Source of the DNA: Candidatus Curtissbacteria bacterium
GTDB taxonomy: Bacteria > Patescibacteriota > Microgenomatia > Curtissbacterales > GWA2-41-24
Length of the DNA stretch: 64,000 nucleotides
Assembly: GCA_016183325.1 (NCBI GenBank)
Contig: JACPEV010000006.1
Location: 5,883-69,882 of the forward strand
Direction of reading: 5' to 3'
Part shown: piece after piece, positions 1 through 9,768 of the stretch
How positions within the stretch are numbered: position 1 is the first letter of the stretch
How the letters are laid out: every line of letters starts with the position of its first letter
The notes under the pieces: model-generated
What the model saw: only the letters and a program-made list of their open reading frames with translations
What the model was told of the DNA's origin: nothing
Databases searched by the model: none
Made by a program: the position numbers and the translations under genes

Positions 1-2
1 CT

Positions 3-542
3 TTAACCTCCCTCTTGCCGCCTAAATATCACGCCAGTAGCATGTTTATGAGCCATTTTAATAAGTCTTGTAATCCACATCGCCAAGGCGACTAAACTCG
101 AAACTCCCATCACTGTTTTATTAATTACAGCGCCTGCAATTTTCTGGTGGAGCCCCCTCTCATACGTCGCCTCATCAATTGGCAATTCCAAAGTTGTGCC
201 TTTTTCAATCACCTTTTCCGCCTCAGCCGGAGGATGAACTACCCCTGCATCTTCCACATCAGGTGGAATTACTGGCCTTGGCTGAGAAAGCTTTGCTTCA
301 TTTACAACTTTCTGCACTTCTTTCAATACCTCCGCATCTCTCGCTTCATAGGTACTGCGAATTTCTGCCATGATTTTATCCTCTTCCGCATGAGGTTCAT
401 GTTCTTTAGCTTCTGGGACTACTGTAATTGGGGTTTGTGGCGTTGGGACTCCTGCTTGACCAGAAACTGGCTTATTTTGGTTATCATTTGGACTTCCAGG
501 CGTTTGTCTGGATTGATTACTTTGGTTGGACATTGCGAACAT
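3..542 (-). CDS. Hypothetical membrane-anchored protein. Q/N/P-rich N-terminal half and a C-terminal hydrophobic helix. The 3' end runs off the window.
   Basis: ORF on the minus strand starting at 542. The low-complexity N-terminus (SNQSNQS, PTPQTP) is followed by a hydrophobic stretch (VMGVSSLVALAMWITRLI). No stop codon before the window edge. Confidence 0.35.
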   Translation of the reverse strand: MFAMSNQSNQSRQTPGSPNDNQNKPVSGQAGVPTPQTPITVVPEAKEHEPHAEEDKIMAEIRSTYEARDAEVLKEVQKVVNEAKLSQPRPVIPPDVEDAGVVHPPAEAEKVIEKGTTLELPIDEATYERGLHQKIAGAVINKTVMGVSSLVALAMWITRLIKMAHKHATGVIFRRQEGG

Positions 543-644
543 TATAGCCGAAATTGTTGAATTGTTGAATTGTTGAATTGTTCTTTATTAAGCCCTAGGG
601 AGAAATTTATTCTATAACAATAAAGCAATGAAGCAATCTAACAA

Positions 645-1334
645 TTACTTTTTACTTTTTCTCAAAAACAGAAAATCGTAAATAACCCCAAAAAGACTAC
701 CCATGGCAGGGCCGACCATATAGATAGCCAAATAGGCATAAGTTTTGGTAAGTATCATCGGTCCTAAAACTCGCGCCGGGTTTAAAACTGCTCCAGACAA
801 TGGTCCTGCCATAATTGTTGCCACTACTACCACCAGTCCAATTGCAAGTGGCCCAGTCGTTTTCTCCCCTGCCTTGTCAATCATTGTTGCAAAAACAACA
901 AAAACTAAAACGGATGTCAAAACTACCTCAATAACCAAAGCAACCTGTTCACTTACAACGACACTAGGTGCACCGATTGTAAACTTCAGCGCACGATCAC
1001 CATATATAAAAAGGAGAGTCGCAGCTGCGCAAAAACTCGCCGCAGTCTGTGCTGCAATATAGAAAATGGCCCGGCTACTTTCTATTTTTTGGACAAGCCA
1101 AAGCGCTAGCGTCACTGCCGGATTAAGATGGCCCCCGGAGAAAGGAGAAGTCGCATAAATCATCGCAGTCAGTGAAAGTCCGGTGGCAAGAGCTATTCCC
1201 AAAATACCCACATTTCCATAGAAAACGTTAGTTAGAACTGACCCAGAAGCAATCAATACAAAAACAAACGTCCCCAAAAACTCCGCGGCATACGCTCGCC
1301 AAGGGCCGATCCAGTCTTTTAATAAAGTTCTCAT
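645..1334 (-). CDS. MIP-family channel (aquaporin or glycerol facilitator).
   Basis: Two NPA boxes (SGGHLNPAVT and GAVLNPAR) and six predicted TM helices. 229 aa is typical for an aquaporin. Confidence 0.8.
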   Translation of the reverse strand: MRTLLKDWIGPWRAYAAEFLGTFVFVLIASGSVLTNVFYGNVGILGIALATGLSLTAMIYATSPFSGGHLNPAVTLALWLVQKIESSRAIFYIAAQTAASFCAAATLLFIYGDRALKFTIGAPSVVVSEQVALVIEVVLTSVLVFVVFATMIDKAGEKTTGPLAIGLVVVVATIMAGPLSGAVLNPARVLGPMILTKTYAYLAIYMVGPAMGSLFGVIYDFLFLRKSKK

Positions 1335-1346
1335 TAGTGTCTCTTT

Positions 1347-2153
1347 TTATATCTTACTGTAGAGCTTATCAAAAGAAAAATCTGATCCTGATTCAAAATT
1401 TATCTCTTTTGTACCTCTCACAATCGTCACTCCACCTTTCCCCATCACCAAACAATGCTCTTTCTCAAAATCGAAAATACAAGCTGTCATTTCGTCAATT
1501 CCCAAAATTACAATTTGCCGATCTAAAAGTTTCCTTAAATCTTCAAATCTTTCTTCTCCCATGTATGCTCTTGAAGTATCCATTTTCCTTCCACCTTCTT
1601 GATTATTCCAATGAGTCACAATTGCCAGGCTCATTCCAAAATTAGAAAATAAATTAAGACCTTCTTCCCAATATAAATCAGCTCCAGCTTTAAAGATCTC
1701 ATAAACCGGCAAGGTGGCCTCCCCCATTGCAATTGCCGCCGCCGAAGCAATCGACAAAGTTACACCTTCACGATGTCCCTTGGTTATGTGGTTAAAGGCC
1801 AAAGTATTTTTTAAATTTCTAACTGCATAAGTCGGACTTCCCGGACCCGCAAAAATATAATCGGCCGCCAGAATTGGTTCAACAACCTGCGGGTCGTTGG
1901 GGTCAAAACCGCGCATACCTTTTTTATGAGCATGGACAACCGAAATCTGGGGATGATAATTTTGCAGATGTTGCTCCAAAAACTGCTTAATCTCAGCAGA
2001 AACCACCTCAACATTTGGCTGAAATCCGGCCGGAGTCGCAAGGATCGCAACCTTAACTGGGCTTGGCAATTTGGAAAATAGAAAGTCGTGGATCTTTCTG
2101 CCAGTTGGCGAAATTTCCCCAGAACCAAACAAAGCTACCAAGCCATAATTCAT
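1347..2153 (-). CDS. Peptidase S51-family protein (dipeptidase E / cyanophycinase-like).
   Basis: Motif order resembles PepE: YIFAGPGSPTYAVRNL (GGGNTF-like), then GVTLSIASAAAIAMG (Ser nucleophile region), then THWNNQEGG (His region). Assignment is from memory of the family, not a search. Confidence 0.4.
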   Translation of the reverse strand: MNYGLVALFGSGEISPTGRKIHDFLFSKLPSPVKVAILATPAGFQPNVEVVSAEIKQFLEQHLQNYHPQISVVHAHKKGMRGFDPNDPQVVEPILAADYIFAGPGSPTYAVRNLKNTLAFNHITKGHREGVTLSIASAAAIAMGEATLPVYEIFKAGADLYWEEGLNLFSNFGMSLAIVTHWNNQEGGRKMDTSRAYMGEERFEDLRKLLDRQIVILGIDEMTACIFDFEKEHCLVMGKGGVTIVRGTKEINFESGSDFSFDKLYSKI

Positions 2154-2179
2154 TAGAGAGAATATTTTAACTCATTATT

Positions 2180-2737
2180 CTAGTTAGGGGTCTTCTCTGG
2201 CCCGCGGTTTCTGTAAGTCTTGATAAATTCCCGAATCTTATCATAATTGGGCTCATCCATCTTAAGTAACCTTCCCCAAGAAACTAAAGCTATCTTACTA
2301 TCATTTTTATCTCGAGGTGATAGAATCAGTTTCCAATCGTCACTTTTGACGATCTTCTTCAATTCTTCCTTGATGTCATCCCCGATATCTGGTTTATAAG
2401 CAATCCAGACATAACCGTGCTCCATGCTGTGGACGATTTCCTCATCGGCAGGGGCTTGATCATAAATCCCGTTATCTGCCGGACGGTCCCAATGCTGGCC
2501 TCCTATTGGCGGATTAGAAACCCAATCAGTAGCCGATGTTCCATGTACAATATGCGTCCTACTAGGAATAGTAAATTCAACAGTCCCGGGAACAGGAGTA
2601 TTTACAGATACAAGGGCAAGATCAGTACCTTCTTGCATGGTCCCGGTACCGCTTTTTGACAAAAACCAAACCCCCACACCCATCAAAATCACGGTTGGCA
2701 CCAAAAACCATACCAATAAAGGCACTCTATTTAACAA
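2180..2737 (-). CDS. DUF3105-like membrane-anchored protein.
   Basis: N-terminal TM helix, then a HSMEHGYVWIAY motif typical of DUF3105. Confidence 0.4.
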   Translation of the reverse strand: MLNRVPLLVWFLVPTVILMGVGVWFLSKSGTGTMQEGTDLALVSVNTPVPGTVEFTIPSRTHIVHGTSATDWVSNPPIGGQHWDRPADNGIYDQAPADEEIVHSMEHGYVWIAYKPDIGDDIKEELKKIVKSDDWKLILSPRDKNDSKIALVSWGRLLKMDEPNYDKIREFIKTYRNRGPEKTPN

Positions 2738-3164
2738 TGACTTTTCCTCTCTGAGCTGGGTTTAAATGATCGTGATAACCCCAAGTTCCAACTTTGGAAA
2801 CAGTAACTGTCGCCGACGCCGAAGGTTCAAGCTCAATTACAAACTCCCCTTTTGATAGCTCCTTATTTGAAGTATGTATAGGATGAGGATCACTGGCAAT
2901 TTGTACTTTAACTTTTGAGTTATTTGTCCAGGTAATTTTACCTCCAGACTTAACAGTTGCCTGACTCGGACTAGCACCATCATCACTCACAATTATCGTC
3001 ACGCTATCCTGAGCCTCTTCACCGCTAGCCTGTTGCTCTGCGGCCCCTGAGGTACTATTTGAGGTAGTAGTTGTGGCAGGTTTGCATGCCGAAAGAATAA
3101 ATCCAGATGATATTAAAAGTCCGATTGCTGCTACTTTTTTAAGACCAAACATCACAAAAGTCAC
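2727..3164 (-). CDS. Cupredoxin-like lipoprotein.
   Basis: Signal peptide with lipobox (LISSGFILSAC). GGKITWTNNSKVKVQIASDPHPIHT resembles the cupredoxin_1 fold. Overlaps the downstream ORF by 11 nt, consistent with an operon. Confidence 0.4.
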   Translation of the reverse strand: MTFVMFGLKKVAAIGLLISSGFILSACKPATTTTSNSTSGAAEQQASGEEAQDSVTIIVSDDGASPSQATVKSGGKITWTNNSKVKVQIASDPHPIHTSNKELSKGEFVIELEPSASATVTVSKVGTWGYHDHLNPAQRGKVIVK

Positions 3165-3212
3165 CCCCTTAATGTCTAACTTTATCAGAAAATAAACTAA
3201 GTCCGCAAATCG

Positions 3213-4160
3213 CTAAATTTTCCCCGCGCTCCCAAAAACGTCAATTTTCCCCTCAACCACTGCCGTCACCGCCATTACGATATCTGAAGCTAGTTTGTAA
3301 TATGTATATTCATTTGGATTTTCCCCGATTTTTTCGTTTAATGCATCCTTAAACGCTTGTCTTATCTCTGTATTAACATTCACCTTCACGATCCTGCCGA
3401 CTTTTATTGCCTCTCTTATTTGCTCTGCTGGTATCCCCGACCCGCCATGCAAAGAAAGAAAAGTATTCGGGAGCGCTTCTTTTATTTTTTTTAAAAGTTC
3501 AATATCCAGATCAGGCTGGTTAGGAAAAGTCCCATGAATATTCCCAAAAACGCTGGCAAAAATATCAACTCCGGTTTCCGCAACAAACTTTGCCGCGCGC
3601 AGAGGATCAGAATAGGATTTTTTTAATATTTCTAAATCAATTTGCTCGGTATGGACTTCACTCGAGCCGGAAAGTTTATCCAACTCTCCTTCCACAAGCA
3701 GATTTTTTGCGTGTGCCGCCGCAACTACCCTTTTTGTATTCTCGACATTTTGCTCGTACGACAACTCCGATCCGTCAAAGTGGATATCATCAAAACCCAC
3801 AAACGACACCTCCGAGGTGTGAGGAACTTTCACCTCGGAGGTGGAGGAGTTATCAACCGCGAAGTCACCAGACCGCAAGCGAAGTCGAAGGGCCTCCATA
3901 CAATCCTCCACCGTCTTGGCGTGGTCCAAGTTTAAAAGAATCGGAATACCATATTGCTTCCTTGCATTAGCAACTAAATCCACAATATTTTTAAGACCAA
4001 AATATCCGGCTTCGCCGGACGAAAACTCCATCATCACTGGCGATCTTTTTTTCTGTCCGGCTAAACAAATCGCCTTGAAAATCTCAAAGTTATCCACATT
4101 AAAAGCCCCGATGGCAAATCCTTCATTTTGAGCTCTGATGAACCACTCTCTTGCGGTCAT
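3213..4160 (-). CDS. fba: Class II fructose-bisphosphate aldolase. Carries an in-frame palindromic insertion.
   Basis: Class II FBA signatures: N-terminal IRAQNEGFAIGAFN, LNLDHAKT, GELD, LHGGSGIP. The internal segment LRLRLRSGDFAVDNSSTSEVKVPHTSEVS is encoded by the palindromic element at 3807-3895. Confidence 0.85.
   Translation of the reverse strand: MTAREWFIRAQNEGFAIGAFNVDNFEIFKAICLAGQKKRSPVMMEFSSGEAGYFGLKNIVDLVANARKQYGIPILLNLDHAKTVEDCMEALRLRLRSGDFAVDNSSTSEVKVPHTSEVSFVGFDDIHFDGSELSYEQNVENTKRVVAAAHAKNLLVEGELDKLSGSSEVHTEQIDLEILKKSYSDPLRAAKFVAETGVDIFASVFGNIHGTFPNQPDLDIELLKKIKEALPNTFLSLHGGSGIPAEQIREAIKVGRIVKVNVNTEIRQAFKDALNEKIGENPNEYTYYKLASDIVMAVTAVVEGKIDVFGSAGKI
3807..3895. repeat. Palindromic insertion of family P1 lying in frame inside fba. 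It carries two CACCTCCGAGGTG / CACCTCGGAGGTG units and a GCGAAGTCGAAGGGC core.
   Basis: CACCTCCGAGGTG at 3807-3819 and CACCTCGGAGGTG at 3831-3843. Each is near-self-complementary. The same termini occur at 30468-30503 and 40311-40368. Confidence 0.7.
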
Positions 4161-4162
4161 TC

Positions 4163-4561
4163 TTAATTTTTAATTTTTAATTCTTTCTCTTCTTTAAATT
4201 CCGAATAAATCTTCAGTCCCCAAAAACCATTAACAGCCGCCATCAAAAAATAAGGGGACCAGAAGAGAGATTTTGCAGTTATTCCCTGTCCCAATTCAAA
4301 TCCCTCAACAAGAATAATAGAAAGTAGCGTAAATTCAAATATTGAAATCAAGGTTAAAAGCGCAACAGACTTGATTGTTCCCATGAACCATAAAAAAGCC
4401 ACCGGACCAAACATCACCAGTCCAAAAGCCATGCCGTTTATAAATTCTCGTGAGATAACAAAATCCCAAATATTGAGAAAGATAAAAATAAATAAGAGAT
4501 TTATCTTCAGCAAATTCATCTTTCTCTTCCCGGTCAATTTAAATAATGCTCTTAGATTCAT
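4163..4561 (-). CDS. Hypothetical small integral membrane protein.
   Basis: 132-aa ORF with 3-4 hydrophobic helices. Tightly packed between fba and rpiB. Confidence 0.35.
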   Translation of the reverse strand: MNLRALFKLTGKRKMNLLKINLLFIFIFLNIWDFVISREFINGMAFGLVMFGPVAFLWFMGTIKSVALLTLISIFEFTLLSIILVEGFELGQGITAKSLFWSPYFLMAAVNGFWGLKIYSEFKEEKELKIKN

Positions 4562-4616
4562 TTAATCAACCTATAGCATAACCATCACATTTTCTGACAT
4601 ATCATAAGTTGTGATG

Positions 4617-5063
4617 CTAAAGGAGCTCCTCTTTTGATATTTTATCTATTCTTCTCTGATGCCTACCTCCTTCAAATTTAGCCGCGAGCCACAAAGTCAC
4701 GCCCCTTTTGGCGTCATCGTCTGACACAAATCGTGCGCCCAGTGATAAAACATTGGCGTCATTATGCTCCTTGGCAAGTCTGGCAATATCAAAAGGCGGT
4801 CCGTAAAAAACCGCGGCTCTTACTCCTTTGACTTTATTGGCAGCAATCGCTTCACCCTGACCAGAACCTCCAATGACAATCCCGACAGACGCCTTATCGG
4901 CAATTACCTTCTTTGCACAAGGAATAATAAAATCCGGATAATCATCCGCCTCATCAAGTTCATATGCTCCGCAATCGAAAATCTCGTATCCTTTAATTTC
5001 CAAATATTTGATTAGCCGCTTCTTTAAATAAAACCCCGCATGATCAGAAGCAATGTAAATCAT
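4617..5063 (-). CDS. rpiB: Ribose-5-phosphate isomerase B (RpiB/LacAB family).
   Basis: MIYIASDHAGFYLK N-terminus and CGAYE, GIVIGGSGQGEAIAANK, typical RpiB. Confidence 0.85.
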   Translation of the reverse strand: MIYIASDHAGFYLKKRLIKYLEIKGYEIFDCGAYELDEADDYPDFIIPCAKKVIADKASVGIVIGGSGQGEAIAANKVKGVRAAVFYGPPFDIARLAKEHNDANVLSLGARFVSDDDAKRGVTLWLAAKFEGGRHQRRIDKISKEELL

Positions 5064-5180
5064 ATATTCAGATTACTAGTATATATTGGGCAAGTGCAAA
5101 TTAAAATGAATTATGAAGTAAGAATTAAGAATTAAGTAAGAAAACCATAATTCATTATTCATGATTCTTAATTCAATAAT

Positions 5181-6470
5181 TTAAGTTTCAAGCAATTTCT
5201 TTAAATCGAAATTCAAATCTCCAAGTTTATCTATATGTGGAAAAATGTCAGTTTTACCCTTAACGGCACTCGTTAAAGGTCCGACCTCTGCCGGATCATT
5301 AATCACAGTTGCTCCCACAATTCGCAGCACGTTATCGATCGTTTTGACGAAAATCCTGGTCATCTTTCCAGATTCTACCGATCCCCGGCTGATAACCTCA
5401 TCCGCATATTTAGCATCAGTCACCCCGATAAAAGTGTATGACTTTCCAAAAAAGCTGTCCGAATAAGAAGAAGCAGTCTCAAATATTGTGCGTGCACCCA
5501 CCTTGCCGCCAGTCGCCGCGCAAACCATATTCTTGGCAGCAACCGAACCCTGAGAAGTCGCATTTGCCCAATTTCCCAGCGCGTGCTGTTTGTTGAAAAT
5601 AACATCAAAAAATTCGGCGCAGTCTCCGGCGGCATAGACATCCGGCAAATTGGTCTCCAGATACTCGTTTGTTAAAATCCACCTGTTTATTTTAACTGCG
5701 GAACCGCTAAGCCACAAAATATCTGGTCTTATTCCGATTCCCACAGCAGCTACATCACACTCTAAAGTTTTCCCGCCGCGAGTTAAAACTGCTCCGACCT
5801 TGCCCTCCGAAGCCTCGCCGAAGGAGGGCTCAAATTTCTCGATCTCGTCACCGGTTATTATCTTTACTCCATTTTCCAAAAGTACGTTCGTCAACACCTG
5901 GCTTGAAACATCATCCAGCTTCCCTGCCCAATAATACGGCTCCCTCACTAAAATCGTGATATCAGAAATCCCGTTTGCATAAAAACCGGTCGCGAAGTCT
6001 AAGGAAACAAAACCGCCTCCGATAATAACAGCTTTTTTTGCCTCCGCCGCAACTTTGAGAATTTCATCGGCATCGTCAACTGTGCGAAAATATAAAATGT
6101 TCTCAAGCTCTGATCCATCAACGCTTAGCTCCACCGGAAACCCTCCGATCGCGATCAGCAGCTTTCCGTATTGATATACTTCTCCGCTTGAAACTTTGAC
6201 TCTATGACTCTTTGGTTCTAAATCCTGGGCCTTAGTATTTTTTACAAGTTCAATTTTCTTTTCCTGATACCACTGGGGTTTTTTCAAAAATAATTGTTCT
6301 CTGGTGGACTGTTTGCGAATATAAAAGGGCAAAAGGACTCGTGAGTACTCTTCGTAAGGCTCATCAGTAATAATAGTTATTGAAGCCTCCGGCACCAAAG
6401 ATCTTACTACCTCAGCCGCCGTTGTTCCTGCCGCAGAACCACCTATTATCAAATAATCAACCGATTTCAT
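5181..6470 (-). CDS. FAD-dependent pyridine nucleotide-disulfide oxidoreductase (NADH oxidase / CoA-disulfide reductase-like).
   Basis: GXGXXG FAD motif (DYLIIGGSAAG) and a second Rossmann motif (KAVIIGGGFVSLD). The likely start is the ATG at 6468-6470 (MKSVDYL). The ORF-track extension to 6521 uses a TTG inside the upstream repeat IR-A. Confidence 0.6.
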   Translation of the reverse strand: MKSVDYLIIGGSAAGTTAAEVVRSLVPEASITIITDEPYEEYSRVLLPFYIRKQSTREQLFLKKPQWYQEKKIELVKNTKAQDLEPKSHRVKVSSGEVYQYGKLLIAIGGFPVELSVDGSELENILYFRTVDDADEILKVAAEAKKAVIIGGGFVSLDFATGFYANGISDITILVREPYYWAGKLDDVSSQVLTNVLLENGVKIITGDEIEKFEPSFGEASEGKVGAVLTRGGKTLECDVAAVGIGIRPDILWLSGSAVKINRWILTNEYLETNLPDVYAAGDCAEFFDVIFNKQHALGNWANATSQGSVAAKNMVCAATGGKVGARTIFETASSYSDSFFGKSYTFIGVTDAKYADEVISRGSVESGKMTRIFVKTIDNVLRIVGATVINDPAEVGPLTSAVKGKTDIFPHIDKLGDLNFDLKKLLET

Positions 6471-6690
6471 AAAATTCGAATATCGAATATATGATGTTAA
6501 ATCATATTTTTGATAAATCAAAAAGCGAAATACGAAACAATTCTGTATTCTAGAAAATAGTTTCTAGAAACTGGAAAGCGAAGTTTTGCTTCGCAAAATT
6601 GGAAATGGAAAATTGAGATTGGAAAATAGTTATAATTTATTCTCCATTTTCTATTTTCTACTTTCCTCGTGCTTCGGATTTCGGATTTTA
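6471..6690. repeat. Intergenic repeat IR-A, copy 1 of 3.
   Basis: About 170 bp nearly identical to 8219-8462 and 10446-10685. Shared core: GCGAAAT.CGAAACAA...TATTCTAGAAAATAGTTTCTAGAAACTGGAAA...AATGGAAAATTGAGATTGGAAAATAGTTATAATTTATTCTCCATTTTCTATTTTCTACTTTCC. Confidence 0.8.
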
Positions 6691-7416
6691 CATTGATACT
6701 CCGCTTATTCCAAAGAAGTTCAGCGCTTCTCCAGCCGCATATCCGATCGCTGCCGCCAAAAAACCAATGGTAATTGTCTCAACTACTCTCGTTGTCAGAC
6801 TACCCTTATTGAGCCACCAACGAATTACCCCAATTAACGCCATCACAAAAAGAGAAGTAAATATCGAAGCTATCAGCGCTCGAGGCAGCGGTTGCAATAA
6901 TATAAATGGCAAAAGCGGCGGAATTCCTCCGAAAAGATAAAACAGGCCAATCAAAACTCCTGAAATTTTTGGCGATTCCTCCTTGACTAGTCCTACCTCA
7001 TCCCTCATCATCACGCGCAGCCAAAGCTCGCGGTCGGAAGTTACTTTTTTGGTTAAAGTCTCCACCGTCTGCTTATCAAAACCCATATTCGTATAAATCT
7101 CGCGAATTTCATCTCTCTCAACATCCGGCTTATTCTCCATCTCCCAGCGCTCAATCTTCTCCATCGAGTCATAAAACTCTTTCTGGGATTTAACTGCCAG
7201 ATAATTTCCTAAAGCCATCGAGGCCGCTCCCGCCACGATCGTCAATGTCCCCGCAATAACAACCGTTGATTGGTTAACCATCGTTCCGGAAATTCCCACC
7301 AAAAAACCGATGGCTGTCACTACGCCATCATTGGCCCCAAAAACAATGTCTCTTAAAAAATTTCCGCTTGCCGGATGCTGCGGTTCTCTTCCCGCGATTT
7401 TTTCTCCAGGCCGCAT
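6688..7416 (-). CDS. VIT1/CCC1-family iron/manganese transporter.
   Basis: GANDGVVTAIGFLVGISG motif and an N-terminal cytosolic domain followed by TM helices, typical of the VIT family. Confidence 0.7.
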   Translation of the reverse strand: MRPGEKIAGREPQHPASGNFLRDIVFGANDGVVTAIGFLVGISGTMVNQSTVVIAGTLTIVAGAASMALGNYLAVKSQKEFYDSMEKIERWEMENKPDVERDEIREIYTNMGFDKQTVETLTKKVTSDRELWLRVMMRDEVGLVKEESPKISGVLIGLFYLFGGIPPLLPFILLQPLPRALIASIFTSLFVMALIGVIRWWLNKGSLTTRVVETITIGFLAAAIGYAAGEALNFFGISGVSM

Positions 7417-7536
7417 GCAATAATTCTAGCAGAAAAAAGTTCTAATTAACCTAATTGACCTAATTTCTAAAATTTGAATTTATTAAATTAGAATTTATTT
7501 AGAAATTAGAAATTAGAAATTTCCGACGAAGTCGGG

Positions 7537-7779
7537 CTAGGGATATTCCTGTTCTCCGGTTTCCTCATCAACTAAAATGATCGCCTTTGTTGGGCACGAT
7601 TCGGCCGCCAGTTTGACCACCTCCGGCGGATCCCCCTCGCCTTCCAACACAATCGCCTTATTCTCAGAATCCAGTGCAAATGTCTTCATTGCCAAAGCCA
7701 CACAAGACGCCGCGCCGATGCAAAGATCGCGATCTACTGTTATCTTCCACTTCTTTTTTCCGTTTGTTTGATCAGCCAT
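7537..7779 (-). CDS. Small ferredoxin (4Fe-4S / 3Fe-4S type).
   Basis: 80 aa with Cys ligands CIGAASCV ... ESCP. Confidence 0.6.
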   Translation of the reverse strand: MADQTNGKKKWKITVDRDLCIGAASCVALAMKTFALDSENKAIVLEGEGDPPEVVKLAAESCPTKAIILVDEETGEQEYP

Positions 7780-7795
7780 AAAAAATTTTCAACTT

Positions 7796-8218
7796 TCAAT
7801 TTTCAACTTTCAATTTCCTAATTGCTTCCAGTGCCAAAAAGGCGCACTTCAGTCTGGCCGGTGCCACCGGCCCACCAATTAAACTCAAGACATCTTGCCC
7901 AGTTAACTTACCCACACTTTCTACTGACTTACCGCGAATCTCCTCAGACAATATTGAAGCAGATGCCGTTGATATCGCGCAACCCGAACCGGTAAATGAA
8001 ACATCCCTGATCATCGCGCTTTTGCCCTTAGCAGGGACACCCCCGGGGTGGGCTTTGACTCCCCGGGGGTGGGAAACCCGGGAAATTTTGAAATAAAAAG
8101 TCACTTCATCACCACATAATGGATTGATTTGATTTACAACTAAATCAGCATGACTAATTACACCGTAGTTTTGCGGATTCTGCCAATGCTCCAATATTTC
8201 TTCGCGATAGATATCCAT
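7796..8218 (-). CDS. sufU: SufU/NifU-like Fe-S assembly scaffold. Carries an in-frame palindromic insertion.
   Basis: NPLCGDE, GSGCAIS and LKCA motifs of IscU/SufU. The extra segment SRVSHPRGVKAHPGGVPAKGK is encoded by the palindromic element at 8040-8092. Confidence 0.75.
   Translation of the reverse strand: MDIYREEILEHWQNPQNYGVISHADLVVNQINPLCGDEVTFYFKISRVSHPRGVKAHPGGVPAKGKSAMIRDVSFTGSGCAISTASASILSEEIRGKSVESVGKLTGQDVLSLIGGPVAPARLKCAFLALEAIRKLKVEN
8040..8092. repeat. Palindromic insertion of family P2 (CACCCCCGGGGTG ... CCCCGGGGGTGGG) in frame inside sufU.
   Basis: Near-perfect palindromic 13-mers at 8048-8060 and 8071-8083. The reverse complement of the 17813-17840 segment in trxB matches GCAGGGACACCCCCGGGGTGG here. 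Confidence 0.7.
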
Positions 8219-8462
8219 AATTTAAAAATCCGAATATCGAATAAGATCGTTTTGCTTCGCAAAGGCGAAATTCGAAACAAATCTTATTCTAGAAAGTAGT
8301 TTCTAGAAACTGGAAATTGGTAATGGAAATTTGAGATTGGAGAATAGTTATAATTTATTCTCTATTTACTACTTTCCATTACAATTTTCTCTTTTTCAAG
8401 GAAAAATATGCTCTCATACTTTCCAGTAACTAATTTCTTCATACATGGATTTCGTGCTTCGA
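8219..8462. repeat. Intergenic repeat IR-A, copy 2 of 3. Its 3' part supplies the last codons and stop of sufS.
   Basis: Alignment to copies 1 and 3 as given for 6471-6690. The C-terminal KHEIHV-stop of SufS lies inside the repeat. Confidence 0.8.
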
Positions 8463-9692
8463 ATTTATTTTGAAGGTCTTTTTGACCTTCATCACACCCT
8501 CTACCAACCGATCAATCTCCTCAAAATTGTTATACACATAAGAGGAAGCCCTGGCTGCCGATGAAATTCCCAAAAACTCCATCAAAGGTTGGGCGCAGTG
8601 ATGACCGGAGCGAATAGCTATACCTTCTGAATCAAGAATCGACGCTACATCATGTGCATGAATGTTGCCCACGTTAAAAGAAATTACTCCTCCCCTTTTC
8701 TTGCTATCTTTCTGACCCAATATCCTGATATCCTGAATACCTGATAACCTGCTTATCGCATACTCCGTCAGCTCAATCTCATGCGCTCTGACATTCTCCA
8801 TCCCAATTTTTGAAAGATAATCAACTGCAGCTCCAAGTCCGATTGCTCCGGCAATATTGGGTGTCCCTGCCTCAAATTTCCAAGGTAATTCGTTCCATGT
8901 CGAATTATCAAGTCTAACTTTCGAAATCATTTCTCCGCCAAATAAAAAAGGCGGCATCTCTTCTAAAATCTCTCGTTTCCCCCACAAAACTCCAATCCCC
9001 GTTGGCCCAAGCATCTTATGCCCGGTAAAAACATAAAAATCACAGCCTATTCTTGGGATATCAACCGGCACATGCGGCACTGCCTGAGCGCCATCAATCA
9101 ATATGATGACATTTGACCATTGACCTTTGACAATTGACACTAACTTTTCGACGGGGTTAATGGTACCAAGTACATTAGAAACATGGCAAAACGTAACAAG
9201 TTTGGTCTTCTTGGTTAATGCTTCTTTAAAAGCTTCCTGATCGACTTCGCCATTTTCGTCAATTGGCACGATTTTTAAAACCGCTCCATTTTCCATTGCC
9301 AACTGTTGCCAGACCACAAAATTGGAGTGGTGTTCGGCAACTGTCAAAACAATCTCATCACCTTTTTCGATATTCAATCTCCCCCACGCATAAGCAACCA
9401 AATTAATGGCCTCAGTCGCATTTCTGACAAAAACAATTTCTGATGGATCAGAAACTCCCACAAAATCTGCGACTTTCTTTCTGGCAAGCTCTAATTCTTC
9501 CGTCGCTTCTACAGAAAGCGTATGAATTCCTCTGTGCACATTTGCATTGTGCTTACTGTAATAATGCGATAGCATATCGATAACTTGCTTCGGCTTCTGA
9601 CTCGTCGCCGCATTATCAAGATAAGCTAATAATTTGCCATTAATTTTCCTCTTGAGAATTGGGAAGTCATTTCGAATTTTTTGAATGTTCAT
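8439..9692 (-). CDS. sufS: Cysteine desulfurase, SufS-type (class V aminotransferase).
   Basis: PLP-lysine region TGHKMLGPTGIGVLWG, active-site Cys in RSGHHCAQP, and 417 aa length. Confidence 0.85.
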   Translation of the reverse strand: MNIQKIRNDFPILKRKINGKLLAYLDNAATSQKPKQVIDMLSHYYSKHNANVHRGIHTLSVEATEELELARKKVADFVGVSDPSEIVFVRNATEAINLVAYAWGRLNIEKGDEIVLTVAEHHSNFVVWQQLAMENGAVLKIVPIDENGEVDQEAFKEALTKKTKLVTFCHVSNVLGTINPVEKLVSIVKGQWSNVIILIDGAQAVPHVPVDIPRIGCDFYVFTGHKMLGPTGIGVLWGKREILEEMPPFLFGGEMISKVRLDNSTWNELPWKFEAGTPNIAGAIGLGAAVDYLSKIGMENVRAHEIELTEYAISRLSGIQDIRILGQKDSKKRGGVISFNVGNIHAHDVASILDSEGIAIRSGHHCAQPLMEFLGISSAARASSYVYNNFEEIDRLVEGVMKVKKTFKINSKHEIHV

Positions 9693-9768
9693 CCTCAGCT
9701 AAGAAACACATCCGATGTGCTCTCTTGACGTAAACAGGACTTCACATCGGATGTGAAGCGAAGCTACT

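Noticed and set aside
745-1062. Antisense ORFs embedded in clear genes (e.g. 745-1062, 3590-3970, 5420-5641, 13507-13698, 33161-33535, 39171-39569, 62819-63175)
   Set aside because: All lie opposite strongly supported CDSs and have low-complexity or biased composition mirroring the sense strand. Spurious.
7440-7530. A/T-rich tandem units (AGAAATT x3, TAATTGACCTAATT...) that could suggest a CRISPR-like array or satellite
   Set aside because: Units are 7 bp, irregular and lack spacers. More likely promoter/low-complexity intergenic DNA between the ferredoxin and VIT1 genes. No CRISPR repeat-spacer architecture occurs anywhere in the window.
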